A stretch of 64,000 bases of DNA from Eledone cirrhosa (GCA_964016885.1 OZ024742.1:9424001-9488000), one strand, 5' to 3'. Counted from the stretch's first letter, positions 46,463-61,717 are shown. The notes: generated from the letters alone by a model not told the origin. Made by a program: numbers and translations.

Positions 46463-47328
46463 TTGACACTGAACGAAGACAAATTCGAAATGATCCACTT
46501 TGGAAAAGAGGATGCTCTGAAACTCCCGTACTCCCTTCCCTCCGGTGAAACTCTCGTGGCATCTAACATCAGAGACTTGGGAGTAACCGCGGACAGCAAC
46601 ATAAGCTGGGCCACGCATATAAGCAGCAAAGTTGACATGGCCCGCAGAATGTGTTCCTGGATCCTCAGAACCTTCCAGTTGAGAGATTCCCACACCATTA
46701 TCTTTCTCTTCTCCACTTTTGCCCGACCACACGTTGAATACTGTTGTCCACTGTGGTCTCCCCACACGAAACAAAGTATCATGAAACTTGAAGCTCCCCA
46801 AAGGGCAATCACGAAAAAAGATAGTTGGCATGTCAGACCTTGACTACTGGGGTCGACTAGAAAAGCTGAAACTTTACTCACTCCAACGTCGCCGTGAGCG
46901 TTATATTATCTGCATGATGTGGAAAATATTTCATCAGCACTGCCCAAATGAAGTTGGCATCACCTTCAAAATACACCCAAGGCTTTGGCCCCGTACTATC
47001 CGTCCCAAACAAAAATCTAAATCGCAAATCATAACAACAATACGGCACAATTATTTCACCTCAATTAGCCCTGCTCTCTTCAACATCACACCAGGACACG
47101 TCAAAACAGAAACTGACCACACAAAATTCAAGAAGTCTTTGGACAAATTCCTCCAAGTAATCCCGGACAAACCACCCGCACCCGGATATGTCTCCGCAAA
47201 CAGTAATTCCCTTCTAGAATGGGCCATGGTGCCCAAATCCTGAATTGAAAGACTTCGCCAGGTGGTGCTATTAAGTTAGACATTGCCTGGGCAAATACTG
47301 GCCAAAACATTTCAAAGTTATTCAAAGT
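46463..47328 (+). mobile_element. CR1-group LINE 3' fragment
   Basis: [45 protein letters not shown]; one frameshift; tail ttcaaagttattcaaagtta. Confidence 0.85.
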
Positions 47329-47329
47329 T

Positions 47330-47388
<59 letters not shown>

Positions 47389-47403
47389 CAAATATATACA
47401 TAT

Positions 47404-47438
<35 letters not shown>

Positions 47439-47565
47439 CACACACATACACATATATATATATATGAAAATGTATACATATACACAAATATATACACACA
47501 TACATACACATATATACACACACATACACATACATACATATATATACATACACATACACATATAT

Positions 47566-47614
<49 letters not shown>

Positions 47615-47648
47615 TATACGCATACACATACACATATATATATACACA

Positions 47649-47682
<34 letters not shown>

Positions 47683-47900
47683 CATATATATACATATACA
47701 CACATACACATATATATACACATACAAATAAGTACCCAATAAATATACGCATATACACAGGCACATACAAACAGCTCTACAGGCAGAAAATGCAGATAGG
47801 TAAGTGGTACTCACATAACCATAGTGGCCGTATTTCAGGTTGAGGAGGGGTGTGGGTAGGGTGGGAAGGAGGTATAGGGGCTCAAAGGAGGAGGTCGTTT

Positions 47901-48600
47901 TTAGCCATCGGGCTTTAACATTGGCTTAAAGTATTTGAAAGTTGCAAAGTTCTTGTGCATGCAGTTCGGGCAGTGTTCAGAGAGTTTGTTCAGTAGCGGG
48001 CCCTTGGCGAATAAAATTTCGTAGCTCTCTGAGATACAAAAGTCGCAGCCCTTGTGTCCTCCGTTGTAAGAGTGCGTTTTTCTGGAGTATTTTCCATTTA
48101 AGCGTGAAGAGGGTGGAGTTCTTTTGAGGTCCCAAACATAGGAAGCGAGTATTATCTGGTTCGATTTGTCCGGTCTTCTGAAGGAGTGGGTATGGTATGG
48201 GCATACCAACGGGTCTTAAAATTATTGGAAGTCATGCCGATGTAAGTTTTTTTGTTATTGCAATCATCCGTGCCTGAGATGACATCGCATTTGTATACGA
48301 TATCCTTTGTGAGGAATTTGTTTTCAAGTGGGCATGCTTCCTTATTTATGCAATTACACAAAGCCCCAGTCCGGGGATTGGGTTCGGAGGTGGTTGGCTT
48401 ATTTAATTTTTCAGAATTGTGTTTGGCTATATTCCTAGCTAGGTTAGGTGTGGTGGAGTAGGAGAGTCTTATTGTGTTCTTATTAAAGATGGTGTAGTAC
48501 CTATGTTGTATGGGGAAGTGTATTTTCAGCAAAGTGAAGAAAATCCTGGCTATCGGTGTAGAGACCTCTCTATTGAAAGAGGGTTGTAACAGCTAATCTG
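47901..48600 (-). pseudogene. PLE linker + GIY-YIG fragment
   Basis: IFNKNTIRLSYS, CNCINKEACPL, IVY..YIGMT..FKTR, YVWDLK, CDFC, LLNK; frameshifts. Confidence 0.88.
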
Positions 48601-48690
48601 CCTATGCCTATTCCTTCTCTGAAAACTTGCGGTGCATGCATATGCATGTACATACATACACATGCGCACGCACACGCGTATGCACATGTA

Positions 48691-48743
<53 letters not shown>

Positions 48744-48838
48744 ATGTGTGTGTGTGTGTGCGCGTGTATATGTGTGTATGTGTTTGTATGGTTCTGTGTG
48801 TGTATTTATATATGTGTGTATGTGTGTATATATATGTA

Positions 48839-48891
<53 letters not shown>

Positions 48892-48900
48892 GTATATGTA

Positions 48901-48947
<47 letters not shown>

Positions 48948-49119
48948 GTATGTATATATATATGTGTATATATATATGTGTATATGTATATATGTGTGTA
49001 TATGTGTATATGTAGGTGTATGTATGTGTGTGTGTGTGCATATATATATATGTATATGTATATGTGTATGTGTGTATGTATTGTATGTATATATGTGTGT
49101 ATATATATATACGTGTATG

Positions 49120-49156
<37 letters not shown>

Positions 49157-49698
49157 GTATATGTGTGTATATATATATATATATGTATATGTATGTATGT
49201 ATGTGTGAGTGTATGTGAGGGGGGCGCGAGTGTGTGAGTGTGTGTTTGTGAATGTATCTGTTGATTTTGGGAATATAGTTGAATAGTTTAAGAGAAATTT
49301 GAAGATTATCGTAGGTAATGCACTCAATATTTTGAATTGGTCTATATAATTCTCTAGGCCTCTGTCACTTAGTAGAATCTTAAAGAATTAGCTTTTAAAG
49401 AATCTCCCTTTTCTTTAAATTCATCAACCATAACTGACCCCCAATGATCTTATAGACACCTGAAATCTAGGCATTGTTAGCTTAAGAGAAACTTAAAAAT
49501 AAGGAGTGGCACCCCATCCTGAACTTGTTTATAGAAATCTTTCTGCCTTTGTTACTCTAAAAATAAACTATAGCTTTGAAGAATTAGCTTTTAATGAATT
49601 CCCATTTCTATCAACCAATGACCTACACCCATCCCACTCCCTACCCTCTCCTACCACCTGAAGAGACCAATAAATACCATACTTACTTTTTGATACCC

Positions 49699-49749
49699 AG
49701 ATTCCTGATGATTTCTAAAGAATGAAACAGTTCTAGTCCTGTAGAATCT
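49699..49749 (+). ncRNA. type-I hammerhead motif (inverted copy near 42738-42790)
   Basis: agattc CTGATGA tttc-taaa-gaat GAAA cag-ttctagtc-ctg TA gaatct. Confidence 0.75.
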
Positions 49750-49764
49750 CATCTATATTAAAAC

Positions 49765-49849
<85 letters not shown>

Positions 49850-49853
<4 letters not shown>

Positions 49854-50317
49854 GAATAATCGAGTATCGAAAAATCGGCACACGAGTTCACGATAAACAA
49901 AATTCGATATGAGCGGCAGAGGGCTCAATAATTCAGATAAATCAGAGCTATAACTATCGTTAAAATACCGTCACACATAGAACAAGTCTATAATCAACCA
50001 TACGACCGAAAAATTGCGATCTGGAAGATTCGGGACACTCAGATAAAAAATCAATAAATCAATAAATCAAATGAATGTAAAAAGCATACCCGGACCCGCT
50101 AGAAAGATGGTAAATCTAGCTTCTTGGGTTTCTGTAAATCCTTAAACTGCCCTCTATCAGCTCACATAAAAATATATAAGACTTCTAGATGCCAGCGGAC
50201 GGGAATTTACTTCCTCAACGAGCTTTTGTCCAAACGAATGAAAAGGCATAACCCAGGTTAAATACGCACATGGAATTCAGCAAGGGAGATAACCTCTATA
50301 TCCGGAAAAAATATTCG
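49850..50317. repeat. TA-embedded dispersed repeat homologous to 58042-58510
   Basis: Shared agtagaataatcgag and tacccggacccgctagaaagatg. Confidence 0.75.
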
Positions 50318-50507
50318 TATATATATATATATATATATATCGATAATCTGGCCTGGAAGACGACAAATTAGGAGAGGTAATCCAGCTGAAACGGACGAGG
50401 TAGCGGTCGATCCTCTAGCATTACATGTGCGTATATATATAAGTTTATCGGGGGTAACTACAGTAGTACTCAATACAAAGCAGAGTGTAAATATTTGATA
50501 TAGAAAT

Positions 50508-50556
50508 GCTTCTACAGGACTGGAACTGTTTCATTCGGCAGAAATCATCAGGAAGC
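50508..50556 (-). ncRNA. type-I hammerhead motif in foldback module 50441-50616
   Basis: gcttc CTGATGA tttc-tgcc-gaat GAAA cag-ttccagtc-ctg TA gaagc; degenerate inverted copy at 50557-50600. Confidence 0.75.
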
Positions 50557-50789
50557 CTGACGATTTCTCCCGAATAAAACAGTTCTAGTCCTGTAGAAGC
50601 CTTTCTATATTAAATATAGATATATATAGTGTGGAAACGAGACTGTACAAAGTATATAAATATATACCTATATATAATATATAGGCATTTAAAAATAAAA
50701 GAAAATAATAATTTCCCTTAAAAAACATCTTCCATCGTATTTAGGATCTAGTTATATACACACACCACATACACACAACACATATCTAT

Positions 50790-51199
50790 ATTTACCAAAA
50801 AGAAGAACAAGTCAACATCATTGGATACCATCAGGGTTGCAGGTGTTATATGAGAGTTTTCCTTCTAGAATTCTGCCTTGACAAAGGCTAAGGGGTCATC
50901 TCATTTTGGTAAATATCATCTTGGTTAAGAGAGTGGGACTGGCTTTTTGCAGTGCCTTTGCTCACTATAAAAGCTTCACGGCACAGCCATTGCTTTATAT
51001 CTGGAGATCTCTGCACTTATCGTCACATGGTACCATGGGCCCAGCACTATGTGTCAATAATTGTCACAAGTGTAGTGTTTGTACCAGAGTTTTCAAGTCG
51101 CTGGCTGGACTAAAAAGTCACACTCGTTCAGCGCATCGGTAAGGGTTCTCCTACATAGATGTAAAGTAGTGGCCGTACTCCAAAACGAGTTGGCAGCCA

Positions 51200-51201
<2 letters not shown>
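50790..51201 (+). mobile_element. short RTE-derived retroposon, copy 3, with 5' inversion
   Basis: 50904-51201 is the sense 3' part; 50790-50902 is the adjacent upstream part inverted. Confidence 0.75.
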
Positions 51202-51246
<45 letters not shown>

Positions 51247-51508
51247 TACTTAAAATGAATGTATATATATATAGTTAGATCCTAAATTCGATTAAATGTT
51301 ATTCAAATGGAACAGATCAATACTATAGTTGGCTCCATAACTTCCAGGGAAGGCCTTGAATCAATCTTCTATGAAACGTGCGTATGCGGTCGCGGCACAA
51401 TAAAACCATAAATACATATAAACAAATCATCACTTTTTTTTTATTATACTTATATATACATATATACTTATATACACACATAATTCAATATATATACATA
51501 CATATACA

Positions 51509-51965
<457 letters not shown>

Positions 51966-52542
51966 TATATGTGTGTTTATGTGTGTGTGTATGGGATGTT
52001 CGTGTGTGTGTGTGCGTGTGTGCGTATGTGATATTTTCCTGTCTACTATAGGACCAATAAAGCTATTTGAACACCATGTAGTACTGATATGATTATCCCA
52101 AGAAAATAAGGAGAAAAACCCTTTTGTTGGTGTGGAAGAATAGCTTCACATTTTTCCTCACGGAAAGAATGGTGTGTGTTGTACATTCTTTAGCCGGCAT
52201 TGTGTTTTCTTATCGTGAAGATCTTGTTCTGAAGAATTGCTTGCAATGCCCGACACATATTCAAATATTTAGTTATGATGTCATATTTGACAGTGTAGTC
52301 TTTGAATAGTTGTTCTACAACAGACGTGGAATCCACGATGATAAATCATCTAATCTATGGATCTATATAAAGGAAATTATGAAAATCTGCAACCAGTGGT
52401 ATAATAAAATACGCGCTAACGTAATTATATAGACACTCAGATAATAATATATATAGATTGCAGGAATTTTTACATGTATATATATATCTATATAGATATA
52501 TGTCGGGATATCTGTGTGACTGTGTGTCTATGGATATATGCA

Positions 52543-52601
<59 letters not shown>

Positions 52602-52844
52602 TATAGAGACTGTACTGATAATATTTCTATATTGAAGATGTCATATTATATCTGTTCATGTCCAATAGTTGATGTCACCTGTTTTTTGTTTGTTTCTATT
52701 TCTCTTATTTTCTTCTATATTATCATTTCGATATATTTTCGCCGCACAATTGACTCCAATACGACGACTGTAGCATCTCTTTCCCTGCCTTCTCTGCTGT
52801 TCTTTGAAACTTCTGATAAGCTTGATAAATTGTATTTATGATCT

Positions 52845-53285
52845 ATTATAGATTCGATGATAATATACTTATGTCGGCCTCTGTGTGTGTCTGTATGTTT
52901 ATATGCGTGTGTTAATGTTCTTTGTGTGTTTGTGTGACTATGGGTGTGTATATGATATGTTACAGATTTGTTGATAATATGCCTAAGTTGGCCTGTGTGT
53001 TTGTGTGTGTACGTTTATATGTGTGTGTTAAGGTTTTTTGTGTGTTTGTTTGTGTATGCGTATGTATATGATATATTACAGATTCGTTGATAATATGTCT
53101 AAGTCGGCCTGTGTGTGTTTGTGTGTAGTTTTGTGCGTGTTTATATGTATATATCATTTATTACCGATTCAGTGATAATATGTCTGCACGGTCTGTGAGT
53201 GTGCGTGTGTATGTGTGTATTTTCTGTGTGTGTAGGTGTGTTATGAATTATAGATTTCTTGATAATTTGTCTATTTCGACATGTG
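52845..53285. repeat. degenerate ~100-bp tandem repeat
   Basis: Recurrent tacagattcgttgataatatgtctaagtcggcctgtgtg. Confidence 0.7.
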
Positions 53286-53343
53286 TGTGTATACGTGTGT
53301 GATTATTTGTGTGAGTATGTTTGTGATTGTATGTGCGTGCATA

Positions 53344-53421
<78 letters not shown>

Positions 53422-53537
53422 GGTGTATGTATGTTTATTTTTGCATGAAAGAAAATGGACAATATGTGAGAAAAAGGCGGTCGTATCTTAGAGGAAAAAC
53501 CCTGACGCAGTCACACGTGTATATATACATTCTCACC

Positions 53538-53612
<75 letters not shown>

Positions 53613-53633
53613 TATATATTTATACATATATAT

Positions 53634-54676
53634 ATGAAACCGTAAAATAAGAAAATTATAAAAATTAACTTTCTTACTAAAATTTCACTCCAACTAATTA
53701 GTTTCGGAAAGGGAATAAACATGGTTTGCAAATGGAAAGCATGGAAAAGCCGTTTCGTCATCAGGAAGTCTGTTCTCAGCTAAGATACCTGGCGATGCGT
53801 GGACACAGGGAACTTATACAAAAATAATTCAGTGGATGGAAAAATGCAAGCGTGGACTAAATTCCAAGACATTGAAAAAATCACTGCCTACTTGGTCGGT
53901 GGCAAATTCAAAAGAATCAATCACGTGACATCGAGGTTAATCAGTGAGGAGTGGGGTGTTAAAAAGACAGTAACCGAGCCATTACTATGAACTATAGTAG
54001 CAGTTTTGGCAAATTTTTGCTCAACAAAATAATTCGGAGATAATTATAAAGAATTAGTATATCGAACAACATATATATACAGATGCATACCTATGCTAGC
54101 AAATATATAGATTTTGTCTTAGTAACTTTGTGGTTCAATGCAAGGGGATGCAGAACAATTATATGAAAGACGTAAAATAAGAAAATTATAAAAAAAAACT
54201 TGATAAAATTTCACTCCAACTAATTAGTTTCTGAAAGGGAATAAACATGGTTTCCAAATGGAAAGCATTGAGAATACGTTTCGTCATCAGGAAGTATGTT
54301 CTCATCTAAGTTACCAGGCGATTGTGGACATAGGGAACTTATACAAAAATAATTCAGTGGATGGAAAAAAGCAAGCGTGGACTAAATTCCAAGACATTGA
54401 AAAAATCACTGCCTACTTGGTCGGTGGCCAATTCAAAAGAATCAATCACGTGACGTCGATGTTAATCAGTGAGGTGTTAAAAAGACAGTAGCCGAGCCAT
54501 TACTATGAACTATAGTAGCAGTTTTGGCAAATTTTTGCTTAACAAAATAATTTGGAGATAATTATAAAGAAGTAGTATATCTACCAACATATATATTGAA
54601 CCACAAAGTTACTAAGACAAAACCTATATATTTGCTAGCATAGGTATGCATCTGTATATATATGTTGGTAGATATA
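53634..54676 (-). mobile_element. retrozyme-like tandem repeat (~526-bp unit, ~1.8 copies, one HHR per unit) plus inverted tip
   Basis: Units 53634-54163 and 54164-54595; HHRs at 53686-53769 and 54212-54296; 54596-54676 inverts ~54056-54138. Confidence 0.7.
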
Positions 54677-54678
54677 TA

Positions 54679-55248
54679 GTTTTCGAATATTAATAATAAC
54701 ATTCGATTCGTTTGCAATTATGCAAACAAGCCTCAATTTTATAGCCATGTGACAAGAACAAGAATGAAGGGTTCATTCTACTGACATGGCTATAAAATTG
54801 AGGATATTCGCATAATTGCAAACGAATCGAATGTTATTGCCAGCAATACCACTATACCTCTTGTGCATATTCGAAATATTCGAAAAACTCAGGTTACAAT
54901 TATTGTATTCAGCCATGTAGAGCGAACATTTTCTTTTTTATTTGAATTTCGCAAAGCCGGCCATTTATCGCTCGTATACAGGAAACTGACTGGCCAGTCT
55001 GCTAATATGCAAATCAGTCACCGTGTATTTTTGAAAATAGCATATATTTTCACTAGCTCTGACAGTTTGGCAGGTGATCAGTGAGCTGTACTGACGAAGG
55101 GTGACAACCAAAACATTAGTGTCTGCAGTTCTGTTTACATGCCAACACAAGAGCAAGAATGAAGGGTTCATTCTACTCACATGGCTATAAAACTGAGGCT
55201 CGTTTGCATAATTGCAAACGAGTCGAATATTTTTATTAATATTCGAAA
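54679..55248. mobile_element. MITE-like element with ~70-bp TIRs and an internal duplicate of one TIR
   Basis: ttttcgaatattaataa...atagccatgtga versus tcacatggctat...attaatattcgaaaa; direct repeat 54752-54838 / 55147-55236. Confidence 0.55.
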
Positions 55249-55597
55249 AAATGAATGTGTGTGTATGTGTGTGTGTTCAATGTAATGATTTTTACTCTTG
55301 ATGGTATGTCACTTTATCACCCCTATTGAAGTATGTGGTGCTTTGTATGATGAGTATTGAGTGCCTCATTGATAATATTTCCAACTATATTTTATACTTT
55401 AAAGGATTGATGGTTGTATTTATTTAGTCCACACTACATTAGCTCTTTTGGACATTTTAAAGAAATAATACATAAATGTTTACCGATATGTACATACATA
55501 CATACACACACACACACATACCCCCCCCCCCACACACATAAACACACACAATATATATATATATATATATATATAAATACATATATATATATATATG

Positions 55598-56812
<1,215 letters not shown>

Positions 56813-56834
56813 GTATATATATATATCATCATAA

Positions 56835-57632
56835 TCTATAAAGCTCAGTGTGTGGTCATGCTCCTTCTTTATAGAAATCTACGATATAGAATTTCTTCAA
56901 TTGAAATTTACAATTCAGTATTCGAAATAGTTTCGATTGCGTTTTGACGCAGATAATTTTTTCAATTTCACCCACAATTACGCAAAAAATAGATAAAACT
57001 CAATATTTTACGATTTTTCTCTCTCATTTAAACTGCTGAAATCTTTCTACTACCATTCAAAATCTATACAACTTCATACTTTCTGCTACTTTCTCTTTCC
57101 AAGCTTGATGGTGATACTGTCCGTTCACACCACTCCCTACTGTCTTAAATTTAGAAAACACATATCCTCTATGAGGTTACTAAACCTGCTATAAACAGCA
57201 GCTAACTCTCCCCCATATCACACCCCTCCCTACTGTCTTAAATTTAGAAAACATATCTTCTATGAGGTCACTAAACCTGCTAGAAACAGCAGCTAACTCT
57301 CACCCATATCACAGCACTCCCTACTGTCTTAAATTTAGAAAACACACAGACAACCATGCAGAACAACTCTATCGCAGCTCTGTTGTTCGGCTGGCATCGT
57401 CTACGCGCGTGTTGCGCAAGTACTGTGAAACAATAAATTTCAACACTTTTTTGCACAGAGAAAATATCCATAGGCGAAACTACAATTGTCACTGCTGGTG
57501 CAGTTCATGCTTCCAGGTCTGCAATTCATTCACCCAGTGCCAGGCAGACAAAAAAGTGCTGCCATAAAATGGGTGGTGCAACCTAACTTTGGTAACTTAA
57601 TGACCCCGAGCAACGCCGGGCTTTAATGCTAG
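56835..57632 (+). mobile_element. non-autonomous Helitron with internal ~90-bp tandem repeats
   Basis: 5' a|tctataaag, 3' ccccgagcaacgccggg then CTAG|T. Confidence 0.75.
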
Positions 57633-57798
57633 TATATATATATATATATGTTGAAAAGGTAACACACTAGAGAGAGATATATACAGCGCGTTATCAATAA
57701 AACAGGGGGGAAAACCACCAGTGTATGGAATCTATAACCTATGAAAGGCAGACTATAGACAGACTATAGCGAGGGCCTTTGCCTCCGTTAATTTATCG

Positions 57799-57867
<69 letters not shown>

Positions 57868-58041
57868 TAACAGATTAAAGTTTAAGCAAAGAATCGCTGC
57901 TATCACCCTTAACTGGATCTTCTGAAACTAAAAATATATGCTCTAGCGTTCTCATATATTTAATATATAATTTTATCCTTATCAAGCTCTCTTTGGATTT
58001 TAGTCTTCACAGTTTTTATTATTACGATATATATATATATA

Positions 58042-58760
58042 TAGTAGAATAATCGAGAATCGGAAAGTCAGCTTACGAATTTACGATAAACAAATACGAT
58101 ATGCGTAGCAGAGGGCTCAATAATTTGGGTAAATCAGAGCTATAACTATCGTTACAATGGTAACACATAGAGATCATGTCTAAAATCAACCAACAGCCGA
58201 AAGAACGACCAGGAAGATTCGGGTTAACTCAAATAAAATATCAATAAATCAATAAATTAAATGAATATAAAAACTTACCCGGACCCGCTAGAAAGATGTT
58301 AAATCTAGCTTCATGGGTTTCTGCAATTCCTTACTCCGATCACTATCAGCCCACATAAAAAATATATATGAGACTTCTAGAGAAGGGGGGACGGTGGAAA
58401 AGCTTCTTCAACGGGAAATCCGTCCGATAATGAGAAGGAACCCCGTAGCTAAATACGCACATGGTTTTCAGCAAGGGAGATAACCTCCACATTAGCGAAA
58501 AAATCTTCGGTAATGTGTAAATCTCGTAAAAATACAAAATATCACATATCGAATCAGAGTGCTCGATGGACGTGTTAAAATAAACAAGAGCCATTCATCA
58601 GTCAATAAGATCGACATAGAACAAATCAAATTAACTGGTCAATGGCTAACATCTAGAGCTAAATATAGTAGAATAATCGAGAATCGGAAAGTCAGCTTAC
58701 GAATTTACGATAAACAAATACGATATGCGTAGCAGAGGGCTCAATAATTTGGGTAAATCA
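58042..58760. mobile_element. TA-embedded 624-bp unit plus ~94-bp head-to-tail repeat
   Basis: 58043-58136 repeated at 58667-58760. Confidence 0.7.
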
Positions 58761-58803
<43 letters not shown>

Positions 58804-58804
<1 letters not shown>

Positions 58805-59663
58805 GTAATAATAATAAATTTGAAGACTAAAATCCAATGACAGCTCGATAAGCATAAATATATATCAAATATATGAGAACCGTAGAGCAAATATTTATTA
58901 AAATAACAGATTAAAGTTTAAGCAAAGAATCGCTGCTTTAACCCTTAACGGGATCTTCTGAAACTAACAAAGTGAATCTGTAAACGCAGAAGTGAATATT
59001 TCAAAAAACGTTGCAACCGGAGGAAGACAGGAAAGCGATACTTTGGTTCGTGGAAACGTTCCCTGACAAATAACGGGAAAAAACGAATATAATACGTTAT
59101 TATTTGGAGCGGTGAAAAACAATTGTACGTAAAGACAGAACCACGTTTATGGTATAAAAGAAGTCGTAGACTAATGTTCTCTTAGGTGGTTCATAGAGAT
59201 GTTCTCTGGCAATGAACGGAAAAAACGAAGATAATACGTCATATGTGGAGCGGTGAAAAACAATTGCACGCAAAGACAAAACCACGTAAATGGTATAACT
59301 GGAGTCGTAGACTAAAATTCTAACTAGGAAACCGAATGATTCTCCGCTTCAGAGTTAAGAACAAAGTAAATAAAATACAGAGGTAATTGAAATTAAATAA
59401 ATACATACACGCATATCATATACGTACATAAGCATACGTGAAAACACTCGCCATATGTATACAAAACCACGCACATATAAATATGTGTGTGTGTGTGTGT
59501 GTGTGTGCGTGTATTCAAATAATTAAATAAACGTATATAAATAAATAAATACGCATATAACAAGCGCACACATATACCTACTTGTAAATACACAAATGTT
59601 CGGAGACGTACGTCAACCAAAACACGAAGTACACATATACACACACCCTACATACGTACGAAA
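58804..59663 (-). mobile_element. 3' end / pseudo-LTR of the PLE D family
   Basis: Homologous to 44178-44930 plus the tail at 45835-45922. Confidence 0.8.
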
Positions 59664-59699
59664 CATAAGTCAATTGCAGGAACTCATAATCCTTTATTT

Positions 59700-59755
59700 A
59701 CTGCTATATATATTTCGATGATAGCCATTGAATGGCTATGACCTCATCAGGCAGT
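59700..59755 (-). ncRNA. type-I hammerhead motif
   Basis: actgc CTGATGA ggtcatagccatt-c-aatggctatcatc GAAA tatata TA gcagt, followed by aaataaa. Confidence 0.75.
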
Positions 59756-59815
59756 TAGTCAGTTCTTAGATATGCCAGCTCTGTGTTTATGGTGTTGATG
59801 GTTTTAGAGCCTTGT

Positions 59816-59926
<111 letters not shown>

Positions 59927-60353
59927 GACAGGGATAGAAGAAGTCATGTCTATGTATAGGTCTCTTGTTTACTGTTTTCTGAAACTAAGCTAATGATGTT
60001 TGAAAATGTGACTGGAAATATTTGTCAAGCCTTTCTACAGCGAACTGATAGTTTTATTGTATAGTTTCTACGTTGTATATATTAATGTAGCACCTCTCCT
60101 ACCTATTCAACACACCTTAATTTAATGATACTATACACATAGACGACGAGATGTGTGACTGTAAATAACATTTCTAACACGAGCAAATGTATAAGTGATT
60201 ATAATAAGACACCCATACACACACGCGTGTACAAACACCCACAGAGAAATAGTGTGTATATATATATATGTACATATGTGTGTATATATATATGTACATA
60301 TGTATCTATCTCTTTTACTGGCTGCTTCTCTCTCTCTCTCTCTCTTTCTCTCG

Positions 60354-60403
<50 letters not shown>

Positions 60404-60519
60404 AAAGTTATATTTAAATTGTTGGGTTACAACTAGTAAATATTTATAACTGATATAAAAGCACTCAACAAGTATTTGGACTATGTCAAATCTATTTATC
60501 TATAAAACTGTCTATATTG

Positions 60520-60585
60520 TATTTTGTCTGAAGAAGGCATAACATATTGTTAATATGATATCCCTGAAATATATATAACGAAATA
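60520..60585 (+). ncRNA. type-I hammerhead motif
   Basis: tattttgt CTGAAGA agg...catatt-gtt-aatatg...cct GAAA tatata TA acgaaata. Confidence 0.75.
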
Positions 60586-60625
60586 GATATGGTTTTATAA
60601 ATATAGTTTCCATTTATTTAATATC

Positions 60626-60681
<56 letters not shown>

Positions 60682-60686
<5 letters not shown>

Positions 60687-61272
60687 GATAAGCAGAACAA
60701 GTAAAATTCAATCAATTTTTCAAAATACATTAAAAAATATAATATAAATATTTACCTCTTCTAGTGGCCCTTACTGATCAGTTTCGCTTTGTAAATCCGA
60801 TGGATTTATGATGGAAAACCAAAGCTCATCAGAGAAGCATTTTCCCTTCCTAGGGCTAAACGTCCCAGGAACGACAAAATATACAACCTCCTGCCAGCTA
60901 ATAAAGGTCTGAAAGGTCGTAAAAGTGACCCGTATGTAAACTGGACCGAAGTAAAAGCGGGAAAATCAAAGACTTGCTGTCTACAATTACTACTAAAAAA
61001 ATAGCAGCCAAGTAGAGCAACAGATTTGTTCTCAACGGACGGAGAAAAAGGTAGAAGTTAATATGTCCAGGGATACTAGGTACCCCTAGAAATACATAGG
61101 TTGTCTATGATTCAAGGTTGTTCAATGGTGTTAATTTGATACACCAGAACTTTAATATTAAGATAAGCAGAACAAGTAAAATTCAATCAATTTTTCAAAA
61201 TACATTAAAAAATATAATATAAATATTTACCTCTTCTAGTGGCCCTTACTGATCAGTTTCGCTTTGTAAAAC
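60682..61272 (-). mobile_element. retrozyme-like 475-bp unit plus ~115-bp repeat, HHR at 60766-60838
   Basis: 60682-60795 repeated at 61157-61270; ttct CTGATGA gctttg...caaagc GAAA ctgatcag TA aggg. Confidence 0.72.
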
Positions 61273-61273
61273 C

Positions 61274-61322
<49 letters not shown>

Positions 61323-61324
<2 letters not shown>

Positions 61325-61559
61325 CAAGTAAGTATGTTTTGAAACAGTGAGCAGGTTTGAAATTAGAAAATAGAATAGATTTCACCATATTTTTTTGACT
61401 AAAGAAATTTTAGTCTGATAATAGGGTTTATAACCCTCAGATAAATGGAAAAAGATGAGTATTGATGTACATCAATACTCATCTTTTTCCATTTATCTGA
61501 GGGTTATAAACCCTATTATCAGACTAAAATTTCTTTAGTCAAAAAAATACGGTGAAAGC

Positions 61560-61562
<3 letters not shown>
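61323..61562. mobile_element. TA-embedded foldback module (family of 16925-17068)
   Basis: Inverted repeat ~61373-61466 / ~61471-61562. Confidence 0.7.
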
Positions 61563-61618
<56 letters not shown>

Positions 61619-61717
61619 TAGATTTGGTGGTTTACCTAAATTCTGCAATTTAGCTACTAAAACCAAATTCTACCCCTCTATATATCTACTACACGGAACT
61701 CTCTTCTTTAGATAAGT

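Noticed and set aside
50906-51142. Host C2H2 zinc-finger gene
   Set aside because: It is the C-terminal remnant carried by the RTE-derived repeat, present three times in the window
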